From Camelus dromedarius (lineage: Eukaryota): a DNA stretch of 64,000 nt. Positions 12,983 through 25,375 of the stretch are shown piece by piece. The notes below the pieces were generated by a model. That model saw only the letters and a program-made list of their open reading frames with translations. It did not search any database and was not told the DNA's origin. The DNA lies in NCBI RefSeq assembly GCF_036321535.1, contig NC_087436.1, forward strand, positions 120,034,001 to 120,098,000, written 5' to 3'. Numbering within the stretch: the stretch's first letter is position 1; the number at the start of each line of letters is the position of its first letter. Made by a program: the position numbers and the translations under genes.

Positions 12983-14192
12983 AGCCCTCCTCCGTCAGGG
13001 AGACACAGCGGCTGCCCCAGCGCACCTGCCAGGGCTTGGCCAGCAGGGACTCGTCTGCAGGGTCAGAGCCAGGCCCCATGTCGAGGGCAAGTGAATCTGC
13101 TTCATGCCACCTGCAGACTCTGGCACCAAGGGGCTGTGAGCGGGTAGCTCTTAGGGAGCATATTTTCTTCCAAAATAATCAAATGTGGTTTTGCCTGATA
13201 AACTTCTGAAGTTCAGGCACAGGGAGGTGGGCAGATGGAGGCCCTTTGGCAGTGATGTTAGGTTTACAGCCCCAGAATCCCGGTGTAGCCGGAGGGAGCA
13301 TCACAAATGGCAGGTCAGATGATGAACCCCCCAGCAGTGATTTTCCCGTTGTCTCCTAAAAGTTTACTAGACCCCAGCGAACTGTGCCCACCAACCCCTC
13401 CCCACCCTCAGCCTACACCTGTCCCCACTCTGGATTTCGGCCACCCACCACAGGGCCTTTTCACACACTGGTTCCGCTGCCCAGGACACTCTCCCCTCTC
13501 CTGCACACCCTTCTGATCTCAGCTGAAAGCCCCTTTCTCCGGGCCCAGGTTCCCAGGTGCTGCTCCTTCCCGGCACTTGATAGGGGAGATGGTTTGGTGA
13601 GGTCTGCCTCCCCTACTAGGCAGTCTGCTCTGCAAGGGGAGGGGCTGTGAGCGATCACCCCGGACCCCAGCACCCAGCACAGAGTAGGCACTCAGTAAAC
13701 TTGCTGCATGAGTGAGTTGGTGACTCAGCATCATCTGGCCCCACTCCCTCCATGTAACAGGGAGAGGAGCCTGAAGGGGGTCGTGTGGCCCACAGCCACT
13801 TAGCGCATCAGCTGTGGGGCCCAGGTTGAGCCCCGCCCACCCGCCTCAGGTGCTCTGTCCTCCCCGGACCACAGTCCCCAGCAAGGCCATGGAACTCAGA
13901 GCGGCTCCCCAGCCCTCCCCTCAGCAGCAACAGCTGTTGTCATTGGTAGTAACACGATCAGACCAAAGAAACGTCCTCCATTCACTGTCATTGCCTCCGC
14001 TGAGCCTCCGTTTTCTCATCTCTGAAATGGGGCCGAAAGAACAATCAGGTGGAGGTGGGAGGAGGGCGGGAGTTGGCAGAGGGAGGTCACAAGCCCGGAG
14101 CCACCGCACGTATGCACGGTGACAAGCAGGTCCGGCCGGGCCAGCCCACCCCCCTCCTGTGCGTGCGACCCTGACCCGCTGTCTGACCGCAG

Positions 14193-14364
14193 GTACCGGA
14201 AGGTGGTGTCCAACGTGTGCGAGGGCGGCGTGGACCCACGCCAGAGCCCGGCGCAGCTGCAGTGCCCGCTTCTGCCGCCCCGGGGCCTGCAGGTCAGCAT
14301 CCGTGGAGAGGCGGTGGCCGTGCGACCGGGAGAGGACGTCCTATTCGTGGTGCGGCAGGAGCAG
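14193..14364 (+). CDS. SORCS2: SORCS2 coding exon (~18): YRKVVSNVCEGGVDPRQSPAQLQCPLLPPRGLQVSIRGEAVAVRPGEDVLFVVRQEQ
   Basis: GYRKxxxNxCxGG motif ending 10CC; ccgcag acceptor, CAG|gtgagg donor; 172 nt. Confidence 0.95.
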
Positions 14365-16196
14365 GTGAGGGGTCCCTCCGGGCGGCTGGTGCCCTGGTGC
14401 CGTCCCTGCGAGGCCACTTCGTCTGGGCGAACAGGACTGTGCAGTGTTCTCACCGCCCCCGCGCCGTTCGTGCCGCGCAGCGTGGACCTGGGTTTGCAAA
14501 CTGCGGGATGGGCCAGCGGGCCGGAAATCCCTTCCTGGGACCAGACCAGCACTGAAACAATGACACAGGAACACAGGAGCCTAACAGCGGGCAGCCAGCT
14601 CAGGCCGAGGGACCCGGCTTCACACGTCTCTGTGTGGGGGGTGGTGTGTTAGCTGGACGGTGATGTCAGATGTATCCATTCCTGTGGGCGGCAATACAGT
14701 GTTTTAAACCTCTACTTATGCTGGTTTAGTTAATTGACAGTCTTAAGAAAAGCAAGAAATGAAAAAAAACTATTCCTTGTCATCCCACAGCCAAAGGTAA
14801 ATTCTGATGATAAATAAACAGATGATTGACTGATAGGCAGATACACTGTGGACATAGATCTAAATATATCTGTCTATAAATATATGTCTATGAATATAAA
14901 TGGATGATGTAGAGATACACTGCATGTAGTACACACACACGCACGCACGTGAATTTTCTCCCAGTCTCTTAGTCTTTTTTTCCTTTAGTACAGGTGCTAC
15001 ATTTTCTTCCAATTTTAAGAACGGTATATACTCATTGGAAAGACACATTAAAAACATGAGAATATAAATATCACCAAAAATCCTGTGCTCCCAAATTAAC
15101 GATGGTTATTTTCTAAATTTCCTCTCAGTTTACTTAAATTGATATGCAGCGTGCTTGTTTTTCTGATTATGGAGGTGACAAATGCTTACAGCAGAACATT
15201 CAAAAACAAATTAGAAAAGCTTACAAACACGCAGGAACTTCAGAGCTACAGAAGAGCACAAGGGAGAAGTCAGAGCCCCCGGCTTCCCCCAGGACCCCAG
15301 CTCCTCCGGGGCGCGCGGCTCGATTGGACATTCGGGTCTTTGGTTGACGAATATGCCGGGTGAGGTGCGCGGGGCTTTATCACCGCGTGTGCTCACTAGG
15401 TGCCCTTCAAAGTGTGCGCAGGTGGGGCAGGGTGATGCCGACCCAGGTCTTCGGCGTTGGAAGACGGAGACCCTGGCTGTGTGCGAGCCCAGAGCTGTAC
15501 GCGTGGGCACCCACGGGTCCGAGCTCCCTTCCCTCCCCCTCAGAGTCAACCGGCTTCGTTCGTAGCTGGGGACACCGAGGCTCAGACAGGTGCAGCCGCT
15601 CACCTGAGGCCGCACGGTAACCAGTGATGGAGCTGGTGTAGGGTCGCGGCCTGGGGACCCCGTGGGGACAGCGCCCGGCCCACGGCCCCCAGACCTGAGC
15701 CGGTCCTGGGGCAGCTCGCAGTCCCTCCTGTCCCCATCCACGTGTTGATGGGGCCTGGCCCTGAGTCATGCTTCGTGCCTCAGGCAGCCCTGGGGTGCTG
15801 GAGGTGGGGCTCCATTCGCAGCAGAGGAGTACGAAGCCTCCTGCCCGGCCTGGGACTACACGCAGCCTCCGAGTGGACCCATCTGCCGCCTGGAGCCCCG
15901 GGACAGACGTGCAGGGAAAGCAGCCGCATGCTGCCCCCTAGAGGCTGGAATCCCGGCCGCACAGTCACACCCGCGGTTCTTGACTCTTCCAACCGGAGCC
16001 AAGTCTGGATTTGCCTGTCAGCCTCCCTCCCTCCCCAGTGGGCTGGGACCCTCGCCCGCAGCATCACAGAGAGATGTGACAGAAAGATGTTCTTGGAAGA
16101 AAGAGGCCTCCCACGCACACCACAGTCCAAAAAAGACCACTGGCTCGCTCGTTGGAGCCGTGGGGAAGGAGTGTGTGTGTGGGGTCGGGGTGGGTA

Positions 16197-16626
16197 CACA
16201 CACACACACACACACACACTGTGCACACGCATGTTCTCACACACACGGCACTTACACACACGTGTTCACACACACAACCACAGACATGTCCACATACCAG
16301 CACACGCGTGCACACACACACACTGTGCACACGCATGTTCTCACACACACGGCACTTACACACACGTGTTCACACACACAACCACAGACATGTCCACATA
16401 CCAGCACACGCGTGCACACACACACACACTGTGCACACGCATGTTCTCACACACACGGCACTTACACACACGTGTTCACACACACAACCACAGACATGTC
16501 CACATACCAGCACACGCGTGCACACACACACACACTGTGCACACGCATGTTCTCACACACACGGCACTTACACACACGTGTTCACACACACAACCACAGA
16601 CATGTCCACATACCAGCACACGCGTG

Positions 16627-16664
<38 letters not shown>
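16197..16664. repeat. Minisatellite: 4 near-identical 104-106 bp CA-rich units flanked by (CA)n
   Basis: Unit starts at 16219, 16323, 16429, 16535; copies differ only in (CA) number. Confidence 0.95.
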
Positions 16665-16679
16665 GAGGCCAACCCAGGT

Positions 16680-18060
16680 ATGGAAACAGTATGGGATATA
16701 GGGGGGCCCAAGGTCTGTAAATATCTAAGAACTGAAACTAAGACCGGATAGGGAAGGCAGAAACACCCGCACAAGCGCGCCCAGCTGACTTTGGCACGGG
16801 AGCAACAGCATCTCCGCAGAGGGAGGCTGGGCGTCAGCAGACGAGCATCCAGTGAAAAGGAACCTCGGCCGGAACCTCACACCTGATACAGAAGCAGCTC
16901 AAAGTGACCACAGACTTAAACGGAAAACTAGAAACCTTCTAGAAAAAAAGATCGGAGAAGGTATCTGGGCTCTAGGACTCCAGGCAGAGCGTTCTTAGAC
17001 TTGACACCCAAAGCATCATCCAGGAAGGAAATTTGATAAATTGGACTTTGTCAAAATGTGACACTTCTGCTCTGTGATAGAGCCTGTTAAGATGAAAAGA
17101 CAGCAACAGAGAAAATATTTACAAACTGCACATCCAATAAGGACTAGTACCCGGAATGTATAAAGAACTCTCGGAACTCAACAGCAAGAAGGCAAGTAAT
17201 CCAACTAGGAAATGGGCAAGAGACGCGGAGAGATGGTTCACGGAAGAGGAGGTACAGGTGGCGTGTGGACACATGAGGCCGTGTCCAGCATCACTGGCCA
17301 CCAGGGAGATGCAGATCAGACCCTCAAGGAGGCATCACTACACACCTGCAGGAGTGGCTGAAGTAAAAAAGTGACACCACCACATGCTGGTGAGGATGCA
17401 GAGAAACTGCCTCCCTCGAACGTCGCTGATGAGAATGTAAATCGGTACAGCCACTCTGGAGAGCCGGTGGTTCCCTTAAAGACTAAACATGCGACTTCCA
17501 TAGGATTCAGCAGTTACACACCCGGGCATCTATCCCAGAGAAGCAAAGACTTTGGTTCACAGCAGCTTCATGTGTAATAGCCCCAAACCGGGGACAACCC
17601 AGCTGTGCCCGGTGGGCAAGTGGGTGAGCACGCAATGGTACGTCTATCCCACGGGTGCTGCCCGGAAATGAAAAGGAACAGACTATTGACACACCCGCAG
17701 CCAGCCTGGGTGAGTCCGGAGAGCTGTACTGCGTGGAGAAGCTCCCCCCAGCGATTCCATATGGTCCGATTCCACTTATACAACATTCTGGAAATGACAA
17801 AATGACAGAAATGGAAAACAGGTTAGTGGCTGCCATGGAGTTGGGATGCGAAGCGGGGACCCCATCGATGACTCAGCCGTTCCTTATCTCAAGTGTAACT
17901 GTGTGGGTTCCAAGTTGTGATACTGAAGCTGACGAGATGTTAGCACGGGCAAGTGGGTCCCGGGGACATGGTCTCTCGGTGTTATCCCCTACACCTACGT
18001 GTGAACTGGCGTTTGGCTGCGTGCAGGACATTTGCGTGTTTCTGAAGTGCTTGGTGGTAA
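16680..18060 (+). mobile_element. Old L1M LINE fragment (ORF2 3' end and 3'UTR), degenerate
   Basis: aaattggactttgtcaaaatg, tataaagaactctc..aactcaacagcaagaagg, aaatgggcaagagac, tgctggtgaggatgcagagaaactg; no intact ORF. Confidence 0.85.
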
Positions 18061-18517
18061 ATACACACACACACGCCCTGCATGGAGGCCCCGCGTGAGG
18101 GTGGCGGGTGCTAGGTGACTTTGCAGTGTCTCTGTTCTGGCTCCTTCTGTTTGCCATCTGTGTTTTCTCCTTTCCCTGCGTTGACACTGCTACTTTCCTG
18201 GTTATGGTGAGGTGCCTTAACCAAGGAAGTGTCTCGACAGGTAAAAGTGCGCCGACCTTAGCCACTCTCAGGCAGGAAGCAGGGACCCCAGGTGGGTGTG
18301 GCACCTGCCCGTCCAAGCTGCAGGTCCCACTCAGGCTCCCAGGATGCAGCACAGAAAACCCCTCCCTCCCAGAGCAAGTGGGACTTGAGACCCCTCACTG
18401 CCACCCATGAGGCTGCCTTAAATGGAGACAGCACCAGAGCGTGGGCCAGCCTGTGGGTTCTGGACTCGGAGCCTCAGTCTTCCAACCTATAGAATGGGGA
18501 TAATAGAATTTATACGT

Positions 18518-18918
18518 GTAAGTGGCTGTTACAATGGTGGCACAAAACTGGGTGGCTTGAAACAACACACATTTCTTCTCTCAGAGTTCTGGAAGCTAGA
18601 AATCCAAAATCAAATTGTCGGCAGGGCCAGGGTTCCTCCGGAGGCTCCAAGGGAGGACCCTTTCTGTCTCTGCAGCTTCTGGGGGCTCTGGGGTACCTCC
18701 AGTCTCTGCCTCCATTTCACGTGGCTTCTCCTCAGTGCCTCAAATCCCCTCCTTTATCTTATAAAGACCCTAATCACTGGATTTGGGTCCTGTCCAATCT
18801 GGTATGACCTCATCTTAATGCATTACATCTGCAAAGACCTGTTTCCAAGTAAGGTGCATTCTGAGGCTTCAAGTGGACATGAGTTGTGGGAGGGGATGGA
18901 CACTATTCAACCTATGAC
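18518..18918 (-). mobile_element. MLT1-type (ERVL-MaLR) solo LTR
   Basis: aaaactgggtggcttgaaacaacac, gttctggaagctagaaatcc, atgacctcatcttaa..ttacatctgcaaagacc..tttccaagtaagg. Confidence 0.8.
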
Positions 18919-19835
18919 CCCATATTTGTAAAGAACATCAAATGAACATAATTTATATAAAAGTATTCTTTTATATCAAGTTGTAAGTTTTGGCAGGTGT
19001 CAAATAAGAGGGTTGCTAAACAGTAGTGAAGCTGTTTTTCGTTCTTGATCACTAGGAAATGGTTTTCAGGGTGTCCCCGTCGGGTTGGGGTGTCAGGGAG
19101 GGGTGATGGGGCAGAGATGAGACTGAATATGAGAACTTCTTGCCACGAAGCTGAAAAAGTTATTGTTTCCCTCACTCAGTTTCCTTTCCCCAACTCTGTG
19201 AGGAGAACACGGTTACTGGGAGGAGGATGCTGGTGGCGGGGAGGTGTACAGGGTGATTAGATGGCTTGTGTGGACGGTGAAACGCAGGGAAGAGGCAGCG
19301 GTCAGGGGGAGCCCCTCCCTGCACAGACCCCCTACATCCGAGCATCACTCTGGTACCGCAGAGAGTGAGATAAAATTAAAACTCAGAAACCACAGCATCA
19401 GAGAGGGAAAAACAATGTTTCCTTAATTTCCTGGGAGACTGGAAGTCTTCAGACATGCAGATCTTTCTAGTCATGATCCTGACACCGTCCGGCAAGTGCG
19501 AGGTCCCTCCTCACCCTCCTGGCTCCCGGCTCAGGCCCCAGTGGGCCTCCCTGGGCCCCCGGGCCCACCTCTGCAGTGCCTCCCTGACCCTCTCCCTCGC
19601 CCAGCTGGGTCAGCTTTCTGAAATGCAAACCTGGCCCCGGCCCCACCTTAGCCTTCCTTCAGCTTTCACCCCACACCCCAGCTGGGAGCCCCCTGGGCAG
19701 AACAGACCCGGTTCTCTGGGGGTCCCAGGCCCACTCGTTCTGAGGAGAGGAGTGAGGGAGTGAACGAGTGAACGAGACCACTGGCCCCTCAGCTTTGCGA
19801 CCCACTCCTCAGTGGCCCCACGGTGTTTCCTGCAG

Positions 19836-20022
19836 GGCGATGTCCTGACCACCAAGTACCAGGTGGACCTCGGGGACGGCTTCAAGGCCATGTACGTGAA
19901 CCTCACATTGACTGGGGAGCCCATCCGGCACCGCTACGAGAGTCCTGGCGTCTACCGCGTCTCTGTCAGGGCCGAGAACATGGCAGGCCGCGACGAGGCG
20001 GTGCTCTTTGTACAGGTCAACC
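19836..20022 (+). CDS. SORCS2: SORCS2 coding exon (~19), PKD domain: GDVLTTKYQVDLGDGFKAMYVNLTLTGEPIRHRYESPGVYRVSVRAENMAGRDEAVLFVQVN
   Basis: PKD signatures DLGDG and HxYxxPGxYxVxVxAxN; ctgcag acceptor, C|gtaagt donor; 187 nt. Confidence 0.95.
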
Positions 20023-20165
20023 GTAAGTCCATCGCCCCTTTGAGGCCAAGCGTCACACCCTGTGAAAGAGAGACCGGGTCCTTGGGGAAGCACAGGGAGC
20101 CCGGGGCAGGGAGACAGGCAGGCTGGGCTCGAGTCCACACCCCCAGTGGTCTGCGCAGCAGTAAG

Positions 20166-20650
20166 GGGGGGGTGGTGGTGGTCATGGTTGTAGTGATAGT
20201 GATGGTGGTGCTGCTTATTGTCCCCACTGATGATGGTGGTGGTGGTGGTGGTGGTGATGGTGATTATAATGGTGATGGTGGTGGTGATGGCGATTATAAT
20301 GGTGATGGTGGTGGTGATGGTGATTATAATGGTGATGGTGGTGGTGGTGGCGATGGTGATGGTGATGGTGATGGTGATTATAATGGTGATGGTGGTGGTG
20401 ATGGTGATTATAATGGTGATGGTGGTGGTGGTGGCGATGGTGATGGTGATGGTGATGGTGATTATAATGGTGATGGTGGTTACGATGGTGGTGATGGCGA
20501 TTATAATGGTGATGGTGGTGGTGATGGTGATTATAATGGTGATGGTGGTGGTGATGGTGGTGATGATGGTGGTGATGGAGTTGATGGTGGTGGTGGAGAT
20601 GGTGGTCGTGATGACGGTGATGAACATTGTGAGGTTGGTGGTGACAGTGA
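20166..20650. repeat. (GGT/GAT)n-derived repeat with 8 copies of a gattataatggtgatggt core
   Basis: Directly visible inside SORCS2 intron 20023-20718. Confidence 0.95.
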
Positions 20651-20718
20651 CAATAAGCAGCCTGTGATGGCCAGTGCCCCGATCCCCCCTACCCCTAACC
20701 TTTTCCTGGCCCCTGCAG

Positions 20719-20852
20719 CCCCCCTGCAGGCCCTCTACCTTGAAGTGGTTCCTGTCATTGGCGTGAACCAGGAAGTGAACCTCACAGCTGTGCTGCTGCC
20801 CCTGAACCCCAACCTCACCGTCTTCTACTGGTGGATCGGTCACAGCCTGCAG
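20719..20852 (+). CDS. SORCS2: SORCS2 coding exon (~20): PPLQALYLEVVPVIGVNQEVNLTAVLLPLNPNLTVFYWWIGHSLQ
   Basis: cctgcag acceptor in phase 1, CAG|gtatgc donor; 134 nt. Confidence 0.93.
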
Positions 20853-21936
20853 GTATGCTGGCCCCGGGCCCCTGGCCATCCCTCCTTCCTGCAGGCTCCC
20901 ACTTGGGGCAGATAGTGGGACAGGCACTGCCCTCCATGTTGGGCAGGACACAGTGGGTGACATCGTGGAGCTGAGGCAGGCGCACCCTAACCCTTCCTCC
21001 CCCTTGAGCAGCTGTGTGGGGTCCGGCTGTGTCCAAGTGTGGTGGACGCAGGAGGTATAGGATCAGACTCTGCCTTTTCCTGGGAAAGACATGTGAACAG
21101 AGTAGGTGACCGAATTAGGGTGTGGCAAGGGTCACAGGAAGGGGGCAGGTGACCCATCTGAGAGCTCCAGGGGAGACAGGCCATTTCAGGTTTGAGCGTG
21201 GGGGTGGTCAGGGAAGGCGTCATGGAGGAGGGGGTCACTAGGGCTGGGCCCAACTTCAGAAGCCTCACCCAGGGCTGTGGGTTGTGTCCTGTAAGCAGTG
21301 GGGAGCTGAGGACAGAAGCCTGGTGGGAGGGGCCTTGAGACCCCAAGGGGGCATCCTTCCTTCATTCTGCACTGCTGCTCTGCACCTCCAGTCAGAAAGT
21401 CCCCAAACAGCGGCAGAGAGCCCAGACGGGAGGGGCTGTGTTTCCCTAGAAAGAGGAGGGCTGAGGGAGGGGCTCCGGCCCTGGTTCCAGTCGCAGCTGG
21501 GCCACTTCCAGCTGAGCTCCTGGGGCCGGTCACCGCATCTCCCAGAGCCTCAGTCTCCCGTCTGCAAGGTCTGAGCTGGTATTGACACCCAGTCCTGATG
21601 TGTGTGCCCCCTGGCTCTGGGGTCCGAGGAAGAAGGGGCCACGCCCAGCTGAGTGAGGGGGCGGGACGATGAAAGGGATGGGGAGGGCGCCCAGCCCGCA
21701 GCCACATGGGCCCCCGACACTGGCTATAGGGAGGGTCTTGGGGCCTCTGGAGGGGAGGGGCGACTGGGAGACTCCTGTTCGTGCTGGGAGCCTAGAACCA
21801 GGCCCTCCCCATGCCCCCAGGTGCCCACGTCCTGATGAGAGTCGGGGGAGTGCGTGTCCTCAGTGCGGCCCTGGGCAGCAGACTGACTGCGGGGCCCACT
21901 GTTCAGCCTGGCCCTGATCCCTGCTTGTGCCCGCAG

Positions 21937-22060
21937 CCCTTGCTTTCCCTGGAGAACTCTGTGACGACACGGTTTGGGGACACAGGGGACGTGCGTGTGA
22001 CGGTGCAGGCCGCCTGCGGGACCTCGGTGCTGCAGGACTCCAAGGTGGTCCGCGTGCTGG
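21937..22060 (+). CDS. SORCS2: SORCS2 coding exon (~21): PLLSLENSVTTRFGDTGDVRVTVQAACGTSVLQDSKVVRVL
   Basis: ccgcag acceptor, G|gtgagt donor; 124 nt. Confidence 0.94.
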
Positions 22061-23254
22061 GTGAGTCCCTCCACCCGCCCTGGGACGGGCAGCGTATCCC
22101 CTCCTTCTCAGGCGCCTCAGCGTGGGGGCGGGCCGGGCAGAGGGGCTGGCGTGTGCAGCTCTGCCGCCCCTGGCCTCCCTCGGCACTCACGCAGCTGAGG
22201 GACGTCAGAAGGCCCCCCCCGCAACAACAGGGCCGGGACTGGCACCGGACCGCCTGCCTCCCAGGAGCCAGGCCCGAGGACTGTCACGTGACTGTCTGAC
22301 CTTAGGAGGACTCATGATGCCGACGTGGTCGAGCGTCCTGTTGAGCCTGGGTCCCCTTGCTCTGTGCTCACGGGGGCTCCACGCCCCTCCTGGGGGGAGA
22401 CATTCACAATGAATGGACAAGACCCTCCCCGCCCAGTGTCATGTTGCTGTTGTCACACCCGTAAAACCTCATTTCACGTTAAAAACAGCCTCTCCTGTGG
22501 ACAGCAGACATCAGTTAAATATTTGCCCCCACCCGTTCCTTCATTCACAAACACGTGCACCCCTGGCCCTGAGCCCTGAAGCAATCATCTCCACCGCACG
22601 GCAAGATGCTGAGTTCATAGTTCACAGCACACTTGTGCCTTGCGCTGCTCATCCCCGCAAAGCCTCCGTCTTCACAAAGGAGGACACAGAGGCTCAGGAG
22701 CTAAATGGAGAGATTACAGTGAGCTCTGAGGCTCCTGGTGCAGGGGTCGCTTCACCACCCGCTGCTGGTGGTCCTAGAATAGGTGTCTGAGTTGGGGACC
22801 CTGGGAAATGAGAGAGAAAGAGAAGGTGGGGCCTCTGCTCTCAGGGGACTCTTATTCCATTGGGGGGACCAGCCCAAAGTCCGTGGACCCCTGAGGGACG
22901 GGAGGCCAACCTCGTAGGGTGTGTCTGCCCTTGCGAGTTGATGGGGCAGGTTTCACGGGGCAGGTCTCACAGGCTGGCGCGTGCCGGGCGCCCTCCCAGG
23001 TCAGTGCCGTGCCCTCACCACCCCATCTCTGTGCCCTTGTCGTTGTATTATTACTAAACGGCAGCCAGTGACATGGGTCTGCCTGGGACAGCTGCTGGTG
23101 CACAGACAGGGAGGAATCTTGTTTTCCAAAAGTGGGCCACAGGGTCCAAACCCAGGACCAGTCCCAGGCCGTCCAGGGGTGTGGCCACCCTCCACGGAGG
23201 AAGCAGAGCCGGGTGCCCGGAACTGACCAGATCCCCGTCTCTGCTTCTTCCCAG

Positions 23255-23367
23255 ATCAATTTCAGGTGGTGCCTCTGCAGTTTTCCAAGGACCTGGACGC
23301 CCACAATCCCAACACCCCTGAGTGGAGAGAGGACGTTGGCCTGGTGGTGTCCCGACTCCTCTCCAAG
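23255..23367 (+). CDS. SORCS2: SORCS2 coding exon (~22): DQFQVVPLQFSKDLDAHNPNTPEWREDVGLVVSRLLSK
   Basis: SorCS NPxxPEWRxD motif; cttcttcccag acceptor, AAG|gtgccc donor; 113 nt. Confidence 0.94.
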
Positions 23368-24322
23368 GTGCCCCCCGCCCACCAGCGGCAGAGCCACTTC
23401 AGCACCTATGGGCTGTGGGTGCCTCAGAGAAGCTGGGGTGGGGCCGGAGGCCCCAGGGCAGGGCAGGGGAGGACAGGTGGGCTGCCCTGCAGTTCCAGTG
23501 ATCTGGCCTTCAGGGCGGCTGACGACAGTGTTTGGAAGCCATTTAGGGCCGCTTACCTGGCCCTGGAGGACACATAGCTGGACTGTCACTTTGCAGGGTA
23601 GGGACATGACTGCTCCCTCCATGCACATCTAGTGAGCACCAGCTGCTTGCCCAAGACACAGCTGCTGTCCCTCAATGGTCCAGAATCTCTTTAAAGTGAT
23701 TTTCATTGATTCACTGGGTTTCTCTCCTGGGCTGCATACTCGCTATGGAGCGAGGACTCAGGGTGATTGGTATCTTCCGGGAGCTCACAGAAAGCAAAGG
23801 CCGTGCGTCAGGCCCTCGAAGCCCTTGGCCCTCAAGCCCCCTAGAGTCATCTAAGGCTGTCGCAGGCTGAGGCCCACCCCGACCATGCCGCCCTTTGGCC
23901 CATTAATAATGCTGGTAACATTGTCCTGGGCATTGAAGGATGAACAGGAGTTTGCCAGATGAATGTGCATGGAGTGGGACTTCCAGGAGGCAGAGGGACC
24001 TGCATAAGCTTTGTGGGTTGAGAGAATTATATGCTCAGGAGTCCTGACCCCTAGGAAGATGTCGCCAGGGAGGGGCCTGCTCACCTTGGCCACCGTGTGA
24101 GGAATGAACTGCAGGGGTGGGCCTGGCCGAGCAGAGGCTGATGTGGAGGCAAAAGGCTGAGGGACACCTCAGGATGCTGGGACCATCCCCATGGTGTGCA
24201 AGGGTCAGGCATGGCTGGGACTTAATAGGCCAAGTAGGGAGAGAGGGTGTTCCTGGGGGCCCTGGAGTGTGGCAGGGGACAGAGAAGGCAGGCGATCAGA
24301 GTGGCTCTCTGTGTCCCCGCAG

Positions 24323-24448
24323 GAGACCAGCATCCCTGAAGAGCTGCTGGTGACCGTTGTAAAGCCGGGGCTGCCCACCTCGGCCGACCTGCATGTGCTC
24401 CTGCCCCCTCCCAGGCCCACGAGGAAGAGGAGCCCCACAGGCGACAAG
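24323..24448 (+). CDS. SORCS2: SORCS2 coding exon (~23): ETSIPEELLVTVVKPGLPTSADLHVLLPPPRPTRKRSPTGDK
   Basis: ccgcag acceptor, AAG|gtacct donor; 126 nt; basic RKRS motif at 24422-24433. Confidence 0.94.
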
Positions 24449-24879
24449 GTACCTGTGGCCACCGGACTGCGGTCCTCCCTCCGCCCACCGCTGAGGGTCT
24501 GGTGGTCATCCCCACAAGCAGGGGGACCTCAGAGGCTCACCGTCACGTAAAAGCTTACCTCTGGCCCATCACTGTCGGATGCAGGCAGCCCGCCCTCCAC
24601 CCCCTTGTGGCTACAGCCTCTGGCCTCCAAGGTCACAGTGATGTGGAAATAGGGGGGGACCAGGGAACCAGGCTCGATGAATTCCCAGGGGGCGTGCCAG
24701 CTCAGCTGGCCGCACCACCCCCACCTCACAGCAAGGGCCACTGGAAAGTGGGCAGACACCGTCCAGGAGACCCCCCGGGCATGGATTCCAGGACAGAGCA
24801 GAAACCAGCCCCCATCCAGCTGAGCTGGAGACTCGACCATGAATCAGAAGCACTGCACGCCTTCTAGGGAGGCTGTACT

Positions 24880-25375
24880 TCCTTAACAAGCAGACAGTAA
24901 CTAGCGCAGGCGAGCGCGTGGAGGAGCCGTCCCCTTGTTCACTGCTGGGGAGGGTCATGTAAAAGGTGCGGCCACCATGGAAACGGTCTGGCGGGTCTCC
25001 AAACCGTTCAGCACAGAGTTACCGTGTGACACGCAGCCCCAGCCCCGGGTGTACCCGAGAAAGCTGGAAATGTGTGTCCACACGCACGCGTGCGCGCCGA
25101 GGTTCATGGCGACGTCAGTCATAACATCCCCGAGGTGGAAACAACCCAAATGCCCCCCCACAGATAAGAGGATAAGCAGAAGGTGACCACACCGCGGACT
25201 ATTATTCAGCCGCAGAAGGGGTGAAGTTCTACTACCTGCTGCAACTCGGATGAGCCTCGGACACACGACGCTCAGGGAAAGAACGCCGGGACAGAAAGCC
25301 ACAGATCGTGTGGTTCCATCTGTATGAAATGTGCAGCCCGGCAAACCCACAGGGACAGCGGGACAACAGGAAGCT
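24880..25375 (+). mobile_element. Old L1M LINE 3' fragment, strongly GC-shifted
   Basis: tgtaaaaggtgcggccaccatggaaac, tggaaacaacccaaatg, tattattcagcc, ttccatctgtatgaaatgt. Confidence 0.8.

Noticed and set aside
14690..15240. AT-rich island as a possible regulatory element
   Set aside because: Texture fits a decayed reverse-oriented old L1 plus simple repeats; no motif cluster.
15742..16751. Long His/Thr-rich ORFs; regularly spaced repeats superficially like a CRISPR array
   Set aside because: CA-rich tandem repeat with identical units, no unique spacers and no cas genes; eukaryotic intron.
20724..20729. Second ctgcag acceptor 11 nt into the SORCS2 exon
   Set aside because: Would shift the frame; the upstream AG preserves PLQALYL.
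19809..20963. 384-aa antisense ORF
   Set aside because: Open because it spans the reverse strand of GC-rich exons and a stop-free triplet repeat.
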